DNA of 64,000 nucleotides, from assembly GCA_013115145.1 (NCBI GenBank), contig JAAPAO010000131.1, positions 1-64,000 of the forward strand, given 5' to 3'. The position numbers were made by a program, and so were the translations under genes. The DNA is from Perkinsus chesapeaki ATCC PRA-425 (Eukaryota > Protista > Perkinsozoa). The notes below the pieces were generated by a model that searched no databases, had not been told where the DNA came from, and saw nothing but the letters and a program-made list of their open reading frames with translations. Positions 1 to 11,897 of the stretch are shown piece after piece; positions within the stretch are counted from its first letter, which is position 1, and each line of letters begins with the position of its first letter.

Positions 1-3000
1 CTGGCTCCTGGAACAAGAAGTGATCTTCGCGCATCTGATGTTCTTCCGCGGCTGTCATTCCGCCAGGTTTCTCGGGATAGCTGTCGGATCCGGCAAGTGG
101 ATAATAATCTCCGGCAAGTTCACCAGTCAATGCCTTTAAAGCCTTGGTGAGTACTCGCTCTACCTCGCGCCTCTCATCCTTCGTGCATGAAGGAGGAAGC
201 CTAATGCCTCTAACACTCCTTCCTGTCCTAACTCTAGTGGATATGACATACTTCTCAGTTGGATCAATTGCAGTGTCAAGGAGTTTGCTGTAATCCAAAT
301 CAGTCGGATGTTTGGCATCTGGTGGGTATCCACCGTGGCGCTGGTCGATGACTGGGTCGAAGAGCTCCTTGAAGACCTCGTAACATTCTTCATCACCCGC
401 AACCATTCCGACCGTTTTGATCATTGGATGTCCCTTATTATCCATACCGGTCTTGATACATTTCGCGAGGCCAACTCCATTTGGTGTCTTCTTATCCTTC
501 AAGTTAGCATAGATCTCTGGATTGGCTTTGAGGACATCAGCCATAACACTGTGGTGTTCAGACAGATCAGGCATCTCAGCCGGACATTCATCATGTGGGA
601 ATCCCGGGAATTCGTCGTCGCCTAATCCAGGCATGCTGGAGTAGTCTGCGTGTGCTGGCGTGGAACTCGAGCCGCCTCCAACAAGAGCTTCAAACGCAGC
701 CGCGTCTTCTTTTTGTAGAGCTTGCTCCATCTGGACGATCTTCGAGCATCCCGATATCATAATGTTGACAAGCTCAACTTCAGACTTGCCGATCCTATCA
801 CTGTTTGAAATATCCCAGATACCACCAACACTTGCACTATCCACACCAGCACCGCCGCGAGCTTGCAAATGGAGAGATTTGCAGATGTCCTTGAAATCAG
901 GCCTGGCCGACAGCAGAGGGACCTTCACCATAACTGATGCTCGGAGACCTGTGCCAAGGTTACTCGGACAAGTCAGGACATAACCAAGATGATCATTATG
1001 CATGAAGTCGTAGCCTTCCTGTTTCACCACTTCTTGGACCTTGTTCACTGCCTCGCAGAAGCGAGTGAAGACAGCCTTGATATCAGCGGCCTTCTGCATA
1101 GATATTATTCGCATGTGGTCCTCCTCATTAACCCATACTAGGAAGTTCTTCTGCTCGTTAGCGAATATGCCACGAGCATCGGGCCAGTGTCGGCCCATAC
1201 CAGAGGACAACAATAGAGTTGAGTCTGGCTCCTGGAACAAGAAGTGATCTTCGCGCATCTGATGTTCTTCCGCGGCTGTCATTCCGCCAGGTTTCTCAGG
1301 ATAGCTGTCGGATCCGGCAAGTGGATAATAATCTCCGGCAAGTTCACCACCTAGTGCCTTAAGTGCCTTTGTGAGGACTCTCTCAACCTCTCGCCTCTCC
1401 TCCTTTGTGCACGAAGGAGGAAGTCTAATGCCCCGGACGCTCCTGCCAGTGCGAACTCTGGTAGAAATTACGAACTCACCAGATGGGTCAATCGGGGTGT
1501 CGAGGAGTTTGGTGTAATCCAAGTCGGTTGGATGCTTGGCATCTGGTGGGTACCCACCATGTCGTTGATCGATGACCGGGTCGAAGAGCTCCTTGAAGAC
1601 TTCATAACTTTCTTCATCACCAGCCACCATTCCGACCGTCTTGATCATTGGATGCCCCTTATTGTCCATACCTGTCTTGATGCACTTCGCGAGGCTCACT
1701 CCATTGGGCGTCTTCTTATCTTTAAGGTTCTCATAGACTTCGGGGTGAGCTTTCAGGACATCGGCCATAACACTGTGATGTTCCGACAGATCAGGTATTC
1801 CAGCTGGGCATTCGTCGTGAGGGAACCCTGGGAATTCATCAGCTCCAAGACCAGGCATACTGGAATAATCCATAGTATTCGGAGCAGCAGCGCTACCACT
1901 GCTTCCCCTAAGGGATTCGAAAGCGGCCAGATCAGCACTCTCCAAAGCTTGCTCCATCTGGACTATCTTCGAGCATCCCGATATCATAATGTTGACAAGT
2001 TCAACTTCGGACTTGCCGATCCTATCACTGTTTGAAATATCCCAGATACCACCAACACTTGCACTATCCACACCAGCACCGCCGCGAGCTTGCAAATGGA
2101 GAGATTTGCAGATGTCTTTAAAATCAGGCCTGGCCGACAGCAGAGGGACCTTCACCATAACTGATGCTCGGAGACCTGTGCCAAGGTTACTCGGACAAGT
2201 CAGGACATAACCAAGATGATCATTATGCATGAAGTCGTAGCCTTCCTGTTTCACCACTTCTTGGACCTTGTTCACTGCCTCACAGAAGCGAGTGAAGACA
2301 GCCTTGATATCAGCGCCCTTCTGCATAGATATTATTCGCATGTGGTCCTCCTCATTAACCCATACGAGGAAGTTCTTCTGCTCGTTAGCGAATATGCCAC
2401 GAGCATCGGGCCAGTGCCGGCCCATGCCAGAGGACAACAGCAACGTCGAGTCTGGCTCCTGGAACAAGAAGTGATCTTCGCGCATCTGATGTTCTTCCGC
2501 CGCTGTCATTCCGCCAGGTTTCTCGGGATAGCTCTCGGATCCTGCAAGTGGATAATAATCTCCGGCGAGTTCACCAGTCAATGCCTTTAGAGCCTTGGTG
2601 AGTACTCGCTCTACTTCGCGCCTCTCATCCTTCGTGCATGAAGGAGGAAGTCGAATGCCTCTAACACTCCTTCCTGTCCTAACTCTAGTGGATATTACAT
2701 ACTTCTCAGTTGGATCAATTGCAGTGTCAAGGAGTTTGCTGTAATCCAAATCAGTCGGATGTTTGGCATCTGGTGGGTATCCACCGTGGCGCTGGTCGAT
2801 GACTGGGTCGAAGAGCTCCTTGAAGACCTCGTAACATTCTTCATCACCCGCAACCATTCCGACCGTTTTGATCATTGGATGTCCCTTATTATCCATACCG
2901 GTCTTGATACATTTCGCGAGGCCAACTCCATTTGGTGTCTTCTTATCCTTCAAGTTAGCATAGATCTCTGGATTGGCTTTGAGGACATCAGCCATAACAC

Positions 3001-5527
3001 TGTGGTGTTCAGACAGATCAGGCATCTCAGCCGGACATTCATCATGTGGGAATCCTGGGAATTCGTCGTCGCCTAATCCAGGCATGCTGGAGTAGTCTGC
3101 GTGTGCTGGCGTGGAACTCGAGCCGCCTCCAACAAGAGCTTCAAACGCAGCCGCGTCTTCTTTTTGTAGAGCTTGCTCCATCTGGACGATCTTCGAGCAT
3201 CCCGATATCATAATGTTGACAAGCTCAACTTCAGACTTGCCGATCCTATCACTGTTTGAAATATCCCAGATACCACCAACACTTGCACTATCCACACCAG
3301 CACCGCCGCGAGCTTGCAAATGGAGAGATTTGCAGATGTCTTTGAAATCAGGCCTGGCCGACAGCAGAGGGACCTTCACCATAACTGATGCTCGGAGACC
3401 TGTGCCAAGGTTACTCGGACAAGTCAGGACATAACCAAGATGATCATTATGCATGAAGTCGTAGCCTTCCTGTTTCACCACTTCTTGGACCTTGTTCACT
3501 GCCTCGCAGAAGCGAGTGAAGACAGCCTTGATATCAGCACCCTTCTGCATAGATATTATTCGCATGTGGTCCTCCTCATTAACCCATACGAGGAAGTTCT
3601 TCTGCTCGTTAGCGAATATGCCACGAGCATCGGGCCAGTGTCGGCCCATGCCAGAGGACAACAGCAACGTCGAGTCTGGCTCCTGGAACAAGAAGTGATC
3701 TTCGCGCATCTGATGTTCTTCCGCGGCTGTCATTCCGCCAGGTTTCTCGGGATAGCTGTCGGATCCGGCAAGTGGATAATAATCTCCGGCAAGTTCACCA
3801 CCTAGTGCCTTAAGTGCCTTTGTGAGGACTCTCTCAACCTCTCGCCTCTCCTCCTTTGTGCACGAAGGAGGAAGTCTAATGCCCCGGACGCTCCTGCCAG
3901 TGCGAACTCTGGTAGAAATTACGAACTCACCAGATGGGTCAATCGGGGTGTCGAGGAGTTTGGTGTAATCCAAGTCGGTTGGATGCTTGGCATCTGGTGG
4001 GTACCCGCCATGTCGTTGATCGATGACCGGGTCGAAGAGCTCCTTGAAGACTTCATAACTTTCTTCATCACCAGCGACCATCCCGACCGTCTTGATCATT
4101 GGATGCCCCTTATTGTCCATACCGGTCTTGATGCACTTCGCGAGGCTCACTCCATTGGGCGTCTTCTTATCTTTCAGGTTCTCATAGACTTCGGGGTGAG
4201 CTTTCAGGACGTCGGCCATAACACTGTGATGTTCCGACAGATCAGGTATTCCAGCTGGGCATTCGTCATAAGGGAACCCTGGGAATTCGTCATCTCCAAG
4301 ACCAGGCATACTGGAGTAATCCATAGTAGTCGGAGCAGCAGCGCTACCACTGCTTCCCCTAAGGGATTCGAAAGCGGCCAGATCACCACTCTCCAAAGCT
4401 TGCTCCATCTGGACTATCTTCGAGCATCCCGATATCATGATGTTGACAAGTTCAACTTCGGACTTGCCGATCCTATCACTGTTTGAAATATCCCAGATAC
4501 CACCAACACTTGCACTATCCACACCAGCACCGCCGCGAGCTTGCAAATGGAGAGATTTGCAGATGTCTTTAAAATCAGGCCTGGCCGACAGCAGAGGGAC
4601 CTTTACCATAACTGATGCTCGGAGACCTGTGCCAAGGTTACTCGGACAAGTCAGGACATAACCAAGATGATCATTATGCATGAAGTCGTAGCCTTCCTGT
4701 TTCACCACTTCTTGGACCTTGTTCACTGCCTCACAGAAGCGAGTGAAGACAGCCTTGATATCAGCACCCTTCTGCATAGATATTATTCGCATGTGGTCCT
4801 CCTCATTAACCCATACGAGGAAGTTCTTCTGCTCGTTAGCGAATATGCCACGAGCATCGGGCCAGTGCCGGCCCATGCCAGAGGACAACAGCAACGTCGA
4901 GTCTGGCTCCTGGAACAAGAAGTGATCTTCGCGCATCTGATGTTCTTCCGCCGCTGTCATTCCGCCAGGTTTCTCGGGATAGCTCTCGGATCCTGCAAGT
5001 GGATAATAATCTCCGGCGAGTTCACCAGTCAATGCCTTTAGAGCCTTGGTGAGTACTCGCTCTACTTCGCGCCTCTCATCCTTCGTGCATGAAGGAGGAA
5101 GTCGAATGCCTCTAACACTCCTTCCTGTCCTAACTCTGGTGGATATGACATACTTCTCAGTTGGATCAATTGCAGTGTCAAGGAGTTTGCTGTAATCCAA
5201 ATCAGTCGGATGTTTGGCATCTGGTGGGTATCCACCGTGACGCTGGTCGATGACTGGGTCGAAGAGCTCCTTGAAGACCTCGTAACATTCTTCATCACCC
5301 GCAACCATCCCGACTGTTTTGATCATTGGATGTCCCTTATTATCCATACCGGTCTTGATACATTTCGCGAGGCCAACTCCATTTGGTGTCTTCTTATCCT
5401 TCAAGTTAGCATAGATCTCTGGATTGGATTTGAGGACATCAGCCATAACACTGTGGTGATCAGACAGACCAGGCATCTCACCCGGGCATTCATCATGTGG
5501 GAATCCTGGGAATTCGTCGTCGCCTAA
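1..5527. repeat. Coding tandem repeat with alternating 1224/1227-bp units (higher-order period 2451 bp)
   Basis: The anchor ctggctcctggaacaagaag recurs at 1, 1225, 2452, 3676 and 4903. Spacings are 1224, 1227, 1224 and 1227, all multiples of 3. Confidence 0.97.
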
Positions 5528-6780
5528 TCCGGGCTGTGACGTGTATGCTGTTTCTTCTGCGGGGGTTGCCTCCTTCGCAGCGGAAGGTGCTTCCGCTGTG
5601 GGTTCGCTCTTAGATGGTTCATCTTGTGTACGACTAGCAGATGAGGTATCTAGAAAATCGCGTGCTGTTCAGTTCTTTTACTGTTATTGGCCATGTATCA
5701 AGAAGTGCGTACTTACTCCTCTTTTGGATATACTCTGCCATGAATGACAGAGGATCCGCAGGACGGTCCGTGAGGAGCTGCTGTACCATCCCCTGTAAGA
5801 GCAGTTGGACTTGAAAATCGTCAAGGTACTTCTTAGCGTTTAAAGCTGCCTGATGTCGCGTTTGGCGTTGGGATTTCCTGATGACAGATGTCTGGTCTCG
5901 ATTAACAGTCAGGGGTGTGACAAAATAGTGCCATGGCGGAGTTTATCTCCGTCGCTCGATGACGTCGAGCAGTAAATTACCGATGTCAGGGTTTATAGGC
6001 CAAAACGGAGCGCAAATCTATAAAATTGTCAAAGCCGGGAACGGTACCGTTCCTGACCCACTTCAATTCATTTCCGCCGTCCGTCGACGGCGTCCTCTAC
6101 CAATTGACTCGATTCGGCATCACTTATGCCGTAACAGGATAGCACAAGTAACCAGTGAGGAGACTGAGTTTCGACAAGGTAAGAATATGGCGATAAAGCA
6201 AGTCACCACAATGAGGCTCCTCGGTGTAATTTTATCTATCCACACCGAACGAGCAAGCTGTGGCTGGGCAAAATCACGCGAAGACGCATTTCTCACTTTT
6301 GTTTGACTTGAGGATCTGTATGCTTGAACGTAAGAGATATCTCGATGCTCGGTCCACCGTCTGGGTTCTCCATGGCGATGGATTCCGACTGCTCGCCAAG
6401 GTCTTTGAAATGGTGGAGCGATACTTGTCGACTGCCGACCTGAAGCAGTCGAGCTATCCATACGCAGCATTGTGATCAAATAAGCGAATGCGCTTGGAAT
6501 CCCCTGTGAGCATCGATGAAGGAGCAAAAGGCATGGAGGGATAAGGGGCTGTCTTGGAGAGAAAACGAGAAGGCTCCTACCTGAGTGAACAGGTCGACCT
6601 TGCAAGATTCCTGAGAGTCGGAGGGGAATCGGAAAGGCTCGTTCAAGCGCAGCGGAGCTTGGCGTCTGGTCTCTCCAACTCGGATAGACAGATAGGCTTT
6701 TTCTGAGATAAAGACTGTTTACGATGCAAGGCAGTGGTCTTACCTGGGACATTAGAGGCATCGGTGACGGTGATATCCAT
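1..6780 (-). CDS. Multi-domain phosphagen kinase (ATP:guanido phosphotransferase, creatine-kinase-like) polyprotein with N-terminal beta-rich module and Dpy-30/RIIa-like D/D motif; 3' end runs off the window
   Basis: Manual exon model with consistent phases: 6780-6744, 6702-6581, 6439-6297, 5877-5717, 5649-<1, all introns GT-AG. Repeated domains carry [51 protein letters not shown] and [15 protein letters not shown]. Both linker types were translated without stops. About 2037 aa lie within the window. Confidence 0.93.
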
Positions 6781-7335
6781 GGCTGCTGTCCAGTGGTGCT
6801 ACCTGGGAAAGTAGGTGGACAAGCAAGTGGACGAAAGCGTGTTCGAAAGAACTGAAAGAAAGGCAACAATCACGAAAAGCAGTGAATGAATTTGGGCGGT
6901 AAGCAAGATGTCATAGAGAGGGAAGAGAAAGAGGATGTACGACTACTGGAAGGCACCAAAGGAGATTTCCGGAGACTTCATTTGAATTCTGCGCTGATTA
7001 CGCGCACGCCATTGTAATCGATTTGACGGAGTAGAACAACACAGTTCGCAATGACGTCGAGCAGTATGACGAATGGTTAGTGACCCGCACTATGGTAGAG
7101 TGAGTGCCTTATAGCACTAATAACACCCGGGCATCTTGTTACCTATCTTACAGTGGCATTGGAACAGCTTAGACCCCAAAAGCTTTGGATTTACAATTGC
7201 TGCCGTGTTACATGTCACTATGCCATTGTCACTGTGGTGAGCGGTACCTGGAGAAAGGTTATTTTCAATGGGATTCACGGAGGGATGGAAGGGGCTTCTT
7301 GCACTGTAAATGTGGCTTAGAACTTTTTTACTGTA

Positions 7336-10240
7336 ATGGCTAGCAGCGTCCCCGCAATGAACGGATTCGGGGACTCGGCCTTCAGCTACGATCCAGCTGC
7401 CGCACCACAACTACCCCCTACAGGATCACAACAACAGCAACAACCAGCAACTCAATCTCCATTCCATACCGCTTCTCCGCCAACTCAGAAGGATGGTACC
7501 GCAAATGTAATACTGTGGGCGTCGATACCGAAAATAAATTTTCCTCGTCTTCGTTGGTGACAGGCTCTCGGTTTTGGAGCGCCTGGCAGTGCTGCCATTC
7601 CCGCTGTGTCTGGCAGTGGTGCGGCCTCCGCTGCTCCGGGCAGTGAGAGGGTGAATGATAGCATCTATATTGATTTTGATATTCTCGGGGATGGCAAAAC
7701 AGACCCAAATGAGTAGGAAGACTGCGTTGGGGACACTTGAAGAATCCCTCGCTTGCAGGTTGATGAAAACGCTCAAGGAGCAGCTGTCGAATCCCGAAGC
7801 ACCTATACGTAGGAACGCCTCTGTCTGGGCTTGTGGGGACATTAGTATTGGTAGATAACGGAATGTTTGGGGTGTTCGCGGACAAAGCTCAGCTGGAGGA
7901 TGCTCCCGCTGCTTCCACCAAGGCCGCTGCGCCGGCTGGAAGTGTGACCGGCAACGGTAGTGAGCAATGTGCGGCGATGACGGATCATTATTTAACCATA
8001 GATAATACTGGAGCGAATGACCAGCTTGCGTTGGAGCGTCATTTGGCTGAGCTAGAACTGAACGATGCCAAGGCCCAGCTCGAGGATCTAAAGAAGCAGT
8101 TGTCCGATTCGGGTAGGTGATGACATGCTCTATGTACCGTACCGCTCACGATCAGTATCGGCGCATCAGTCCTCTCTGACGCAGCTGGCAGATGCCAGGA
8201 ATAAACTGGACGATTCAATGGGCCAAGTGGCCAAGCTCGAGGTGCTGTCGGTTCATCGCTGGGAGGATGCTTACACTGTTTTTAGGGTGAACTTAACAGG
8301 GTTAAATCACAGAATAAGACACTTACAACTGACCTTAGTAACGCTAAGGATATGTGGATGAAAGTAGTGCCTAGTGGGACGGGGCATGGGAACGAACGAC
8401 TGCTGCTGTCAGGAATCGAGCCGTGCCTCGAAGCTCCAGGACGAGCTGAACACCAGGGACGATCAAATAGCGGAAGACTCGCGGAGAATGGCGGAGATGT
8501 CGGCAACCAATGAGGTACTGCGGCGGTGGTGGTCTCGACCGGGCCACATGTGGTGGGCAGGCGCTGCAACGTGAAAACGCCCAACTGAAGAAGCTCTTCG
8601 AAGGCTCAGAGCAGGAGGTGGCAGCCCGAGCGAGGGCGGCTGAGAATAGTTTTGGACAGCAAAACGAAAGGTGCTCGACCCGTGGGGGAATTCATACCGA
8701 CTTTTTCTTTGTTAGCTATTTTGGTGGCGCGCGAACAGTACCATCAACATCTAGAGTTCCAGCGGCGATGGCGTCGAGCCTCGGAGAGATGGTGGCTCCA
8801 CCTCAGACTGATGGGTACATGAGACCGCCTACCACCGCAACAACCACTGCATTCACTCCAACGCCTACAGCTCGACTAGGTCAGGGGGATATGGATGTCG
8901 CATGTGATTTGGGTACTTCAGGTGGCACCAGCGGCTCCCCGATGAAGACCACTACCTTCCAGCCTCCCACTACGGGTACTGTCGGTGGCGGTGCTCTCCT
9001 TCCACACAATGTTGGATCACCTGCGACTGTCGAGCGATTCCGGGCTCTTATTGGCGCTCAGGAAGGGGTGCTGTATGAGGATGATATACTACAGGTGATG
9101 ATGCCATACCCCCGGGAGATCTGAGGGAAGTTTGGTATTCAGATTGGAGTACAATCCTCCTACACGTGCGGTATGGGTGAAGGGCAGGTCTCCTTGTACT
9201 TCGGCAACAAGAGTAAGAAGCATCGCTGTGCAACCGCTCGGTAGGGCGCCTCAGGTTCCGGAGCATTGGACGGCTTCGCGGTAGAGCTAATCTCGGGGGA
9301 TGATATCACCCTCACTGCGGAGGAAGCGGTCCCGACGGCTATAAGGGCGAAACAGCAGGTAATGGTGTAGCTAGAGGTGTCAGTGAACTTCCTAGCTTAT
9401 TGTGTAGATACGTCTGTCAATGAAGGTTGTCTGTACTAAACCAACCCAGCAGATTCCTATGATGAGTGTGAGTCATTCTCATGGCTGCTGGCATCGTCCA
9501 CATTACAATCAAATCAGATGCGATTCCTTCTGTTCGATAACACCCCGCGGACCCTATCGCTTCGGTTGCCCATTCTCCTATCCAAGTTTATGACCCCTGT
9601 GGACATCCCTAATGCCGGTGATTTCTTCAGCCTCTGGCGACATCACACGTGAAGAAGCACCTTAGGCAACCAATCTCCTCAGCATCCTTCAGATACCATC
9701 TTTCGGAGCAATCAGCTGTAGTAAGCATCACAGCTTCCTTCGGCTGCAGGGATAGTCTTCTGGCCTTGGCCCGATCCGCCACGTTGGGAGGGGTAATAGT
9801 TCGGCGCGAGGAGGGTTAGGTGGCAAACTTTTTTGTGAAGGTGTTGAAGCTCCATTCCCAGTTGGATGCGAATCCTAACAACCTAGTTTTATGCGGCAAG
9901 TTCCCAGCAGATAGTCCAGAGGGAATACAGTGCTTCACTCTTCCCAATGCAACAGTAGGCCTCAGTGGGGATGATGAAGGTTATGGCTGCCTTCAGGTCC
10001 TAGTGCGGATCGAGGTCGGTACTGGCCCCCAGCATAGCGGCAAGGCCAGAGTTGCGGTAACAGTACCTTAAAAAATCTGAGTCGCCGATACCTGTTTCCC
10101 TTCAGGTCCGGTCGTCCGAGCCCGTTGTTGCGCTGGCTGTAAGAGACGACCTTCTGCTAGCGTTTGCCGAACTACCCGCTGATGCAGAGCCAAGCGACCC
10201 CAACTTTGAGTCTGGTGCCACGGCGGACAGTCGATAGGCT
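7336..10240 (+). CDS. Low-complexity/coiled-coil protein with C-terminal alpha-adaptin appendage (ear) domain, multi-exon
   Basis: Spliced translation FRALIGAQEGVLYEDDILQ|IGVQSSY...GQVSLYFGNKS, then LPILLSKFMTP and LDANPNNLV, resembles AP-2 alpha ear Ig and platform subdomains. The N-terminal part is Ala/Gln/Pro-rich plus heptad-like sequence (LERHLAELELNDAKAQLEDLKKQL). End is approximate. Confidence 0.7.
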
Positions 10241-10492
10241 ACTGTTGCTGCTTCCGGTGGTGATGAGTACTATGCAGGTAGTGGCTCGACCCCTGCCGTT
10301 GCCGACCGTTGTTTCTACTCTGTTCGATTACTAGTGATACCAACATTACCTCTGAGGAGCCCATTCATTGCTTTAATGCCGATCGGAATGGTTCTAGTGA
10401 AAGCGTCGTTATAACTGCTACCGTCCCTTCCACAAATTTCCGTGTAAGATCGTCTTGGGCATTCGTCCAGCTTCTCCATTAATATCTCACTT

Positions 10493-11897
10493 TTGTTGCG
10501 TTGTCCAGTCTGTCTACGGTTCCCTATAGTAATGCAACAAGGACTGCCGTTTAGCGGGCGCGCTCTCACGGCTGTCGGCGCTTCGAGGAGACTATCGGCA
10601 TGTTGCGCCAAGCAGGTGTCGAAGGCAGTCAGTGATAAGTTCGGCAGACGGCACACGTACCTCAGGCTGTCATTAACTGACAAGTGTAATCTGCGGTGCC
10701 AGTACTGTATGCCGCCCGCCGTCTACGGTAGTGAGCCGGAGGAAATCAGGTAACAACGAGAAGAGCTTCTTCTCCCTCTTCTGAAGAGGGTTGACGAAGG
10801 AAAAGGTTCTGGATGTCAGGCCACCGCCATCGGAGTATCTTACTGCGGATGAGATAGTCTCCTTGGCATCTACTTTTGTTAACGACTTGGGCATCACTAA
10901 AATACGTTTGACGGGAGGCGAGCCCACGGTAATATGAAGGCCTTAGCCACCTCTGATTGAGGGAAATGTCGGTATGGATGAAATGGCTACAACGGGAACC
11001 CCACACTGTGGAATTCAGTAGACCGCAACTTCCTCGACGGAAAAGCCCAGCTCGCTATTTAGTTGCGTTAACTAGTAATCTTCCAAAGCTCAGATACGAT
11101 CGGATTTTCCTCGCATCGTCGAAGGTATCGCCGAGAGTTGTCGGCCTCACTTAGACCAGTTTGGCATTACCACCAACGGCGTCCTGCTCGCCCGTCATCT
11201 GCCGGTGATGCGGTCGGCAGGCCTGCTCCATGTGAACGTATCTTTGGATACATTAGTGTCGGCGAAGTTCCCGATGATATCCAACAGACCCGAAGCCTAT
11301 TGGGAGAGAGCTCGGCGGTTGATAGACACTTTGCGGAGAGATGAAGACTTCCGTCTGAAAGTGAACTGTGTGGTCATGCGCGGCGTTAACGACGACGAGC
11401 TGTTGGACTTTGTTGAGCTCACGAGGGAGGAAAATCTCAACTTGCGGTTCATCGAGTACATGCCCTTTTCCGGCAACAACTGGGGCTCCGGCAAGTTGAT
11501 GCTATCCAAGCTTGAAATCCTGAATCGAATTCAGGATGCTGTTGGTGCTGATCGGCTCAGTGCAGTAGAGGAGGTCCATCCTAATTCTACAGTCGGTAAA
11601 GAGTACCGTGTTGAGGGATATAAGGGTACCTTCGGCGTTATCAGCTCCATGACGGACAAGTTCTGCGGCGGCTGCAATCGCCTGCGAGTCTCGGCGGATG
11701 GTTCCCTTTATAATTGCTTATTCTCATCTTCTGACTCTGGTTTGTCATTAAGAGATGCCCTAAGGGCAGGCAAGCCTCTCCGGCCCATCCTAGAGGAGTC
11801 TCTGTCCAATAAGGCCTGGGCTTTGGGAGGCCGAGCCGATATGCACGAGTTGGGCAGCAGCTCGAAGGAACTACGGAATATGATGAGCATTGGTGGT

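Noticed and set aside
160-5527. Repeated plus-strand and short minus-strand ORFs (105, 107, 167, 124, 68, 80 aa) in the ORF track
   Set aside because: Antisense or off-frame shadows of the repeated kinase exon; they recur only because the coding unit recurs.
1-5527. Tandem array as CRISPR, satellite or transposon
   Set aside because: Units are 1.2-kb in-frame enzyme domains with mostly synonymous variation; there is no repeat-spacer pattern or transposase motif.
6120-6869. 249-aa minus-strand ORF as an independent gene
   Set aside because: It is a different frame over exons 1-3 of the kinase gene. The spliced model has canonical sites and consistent phases.
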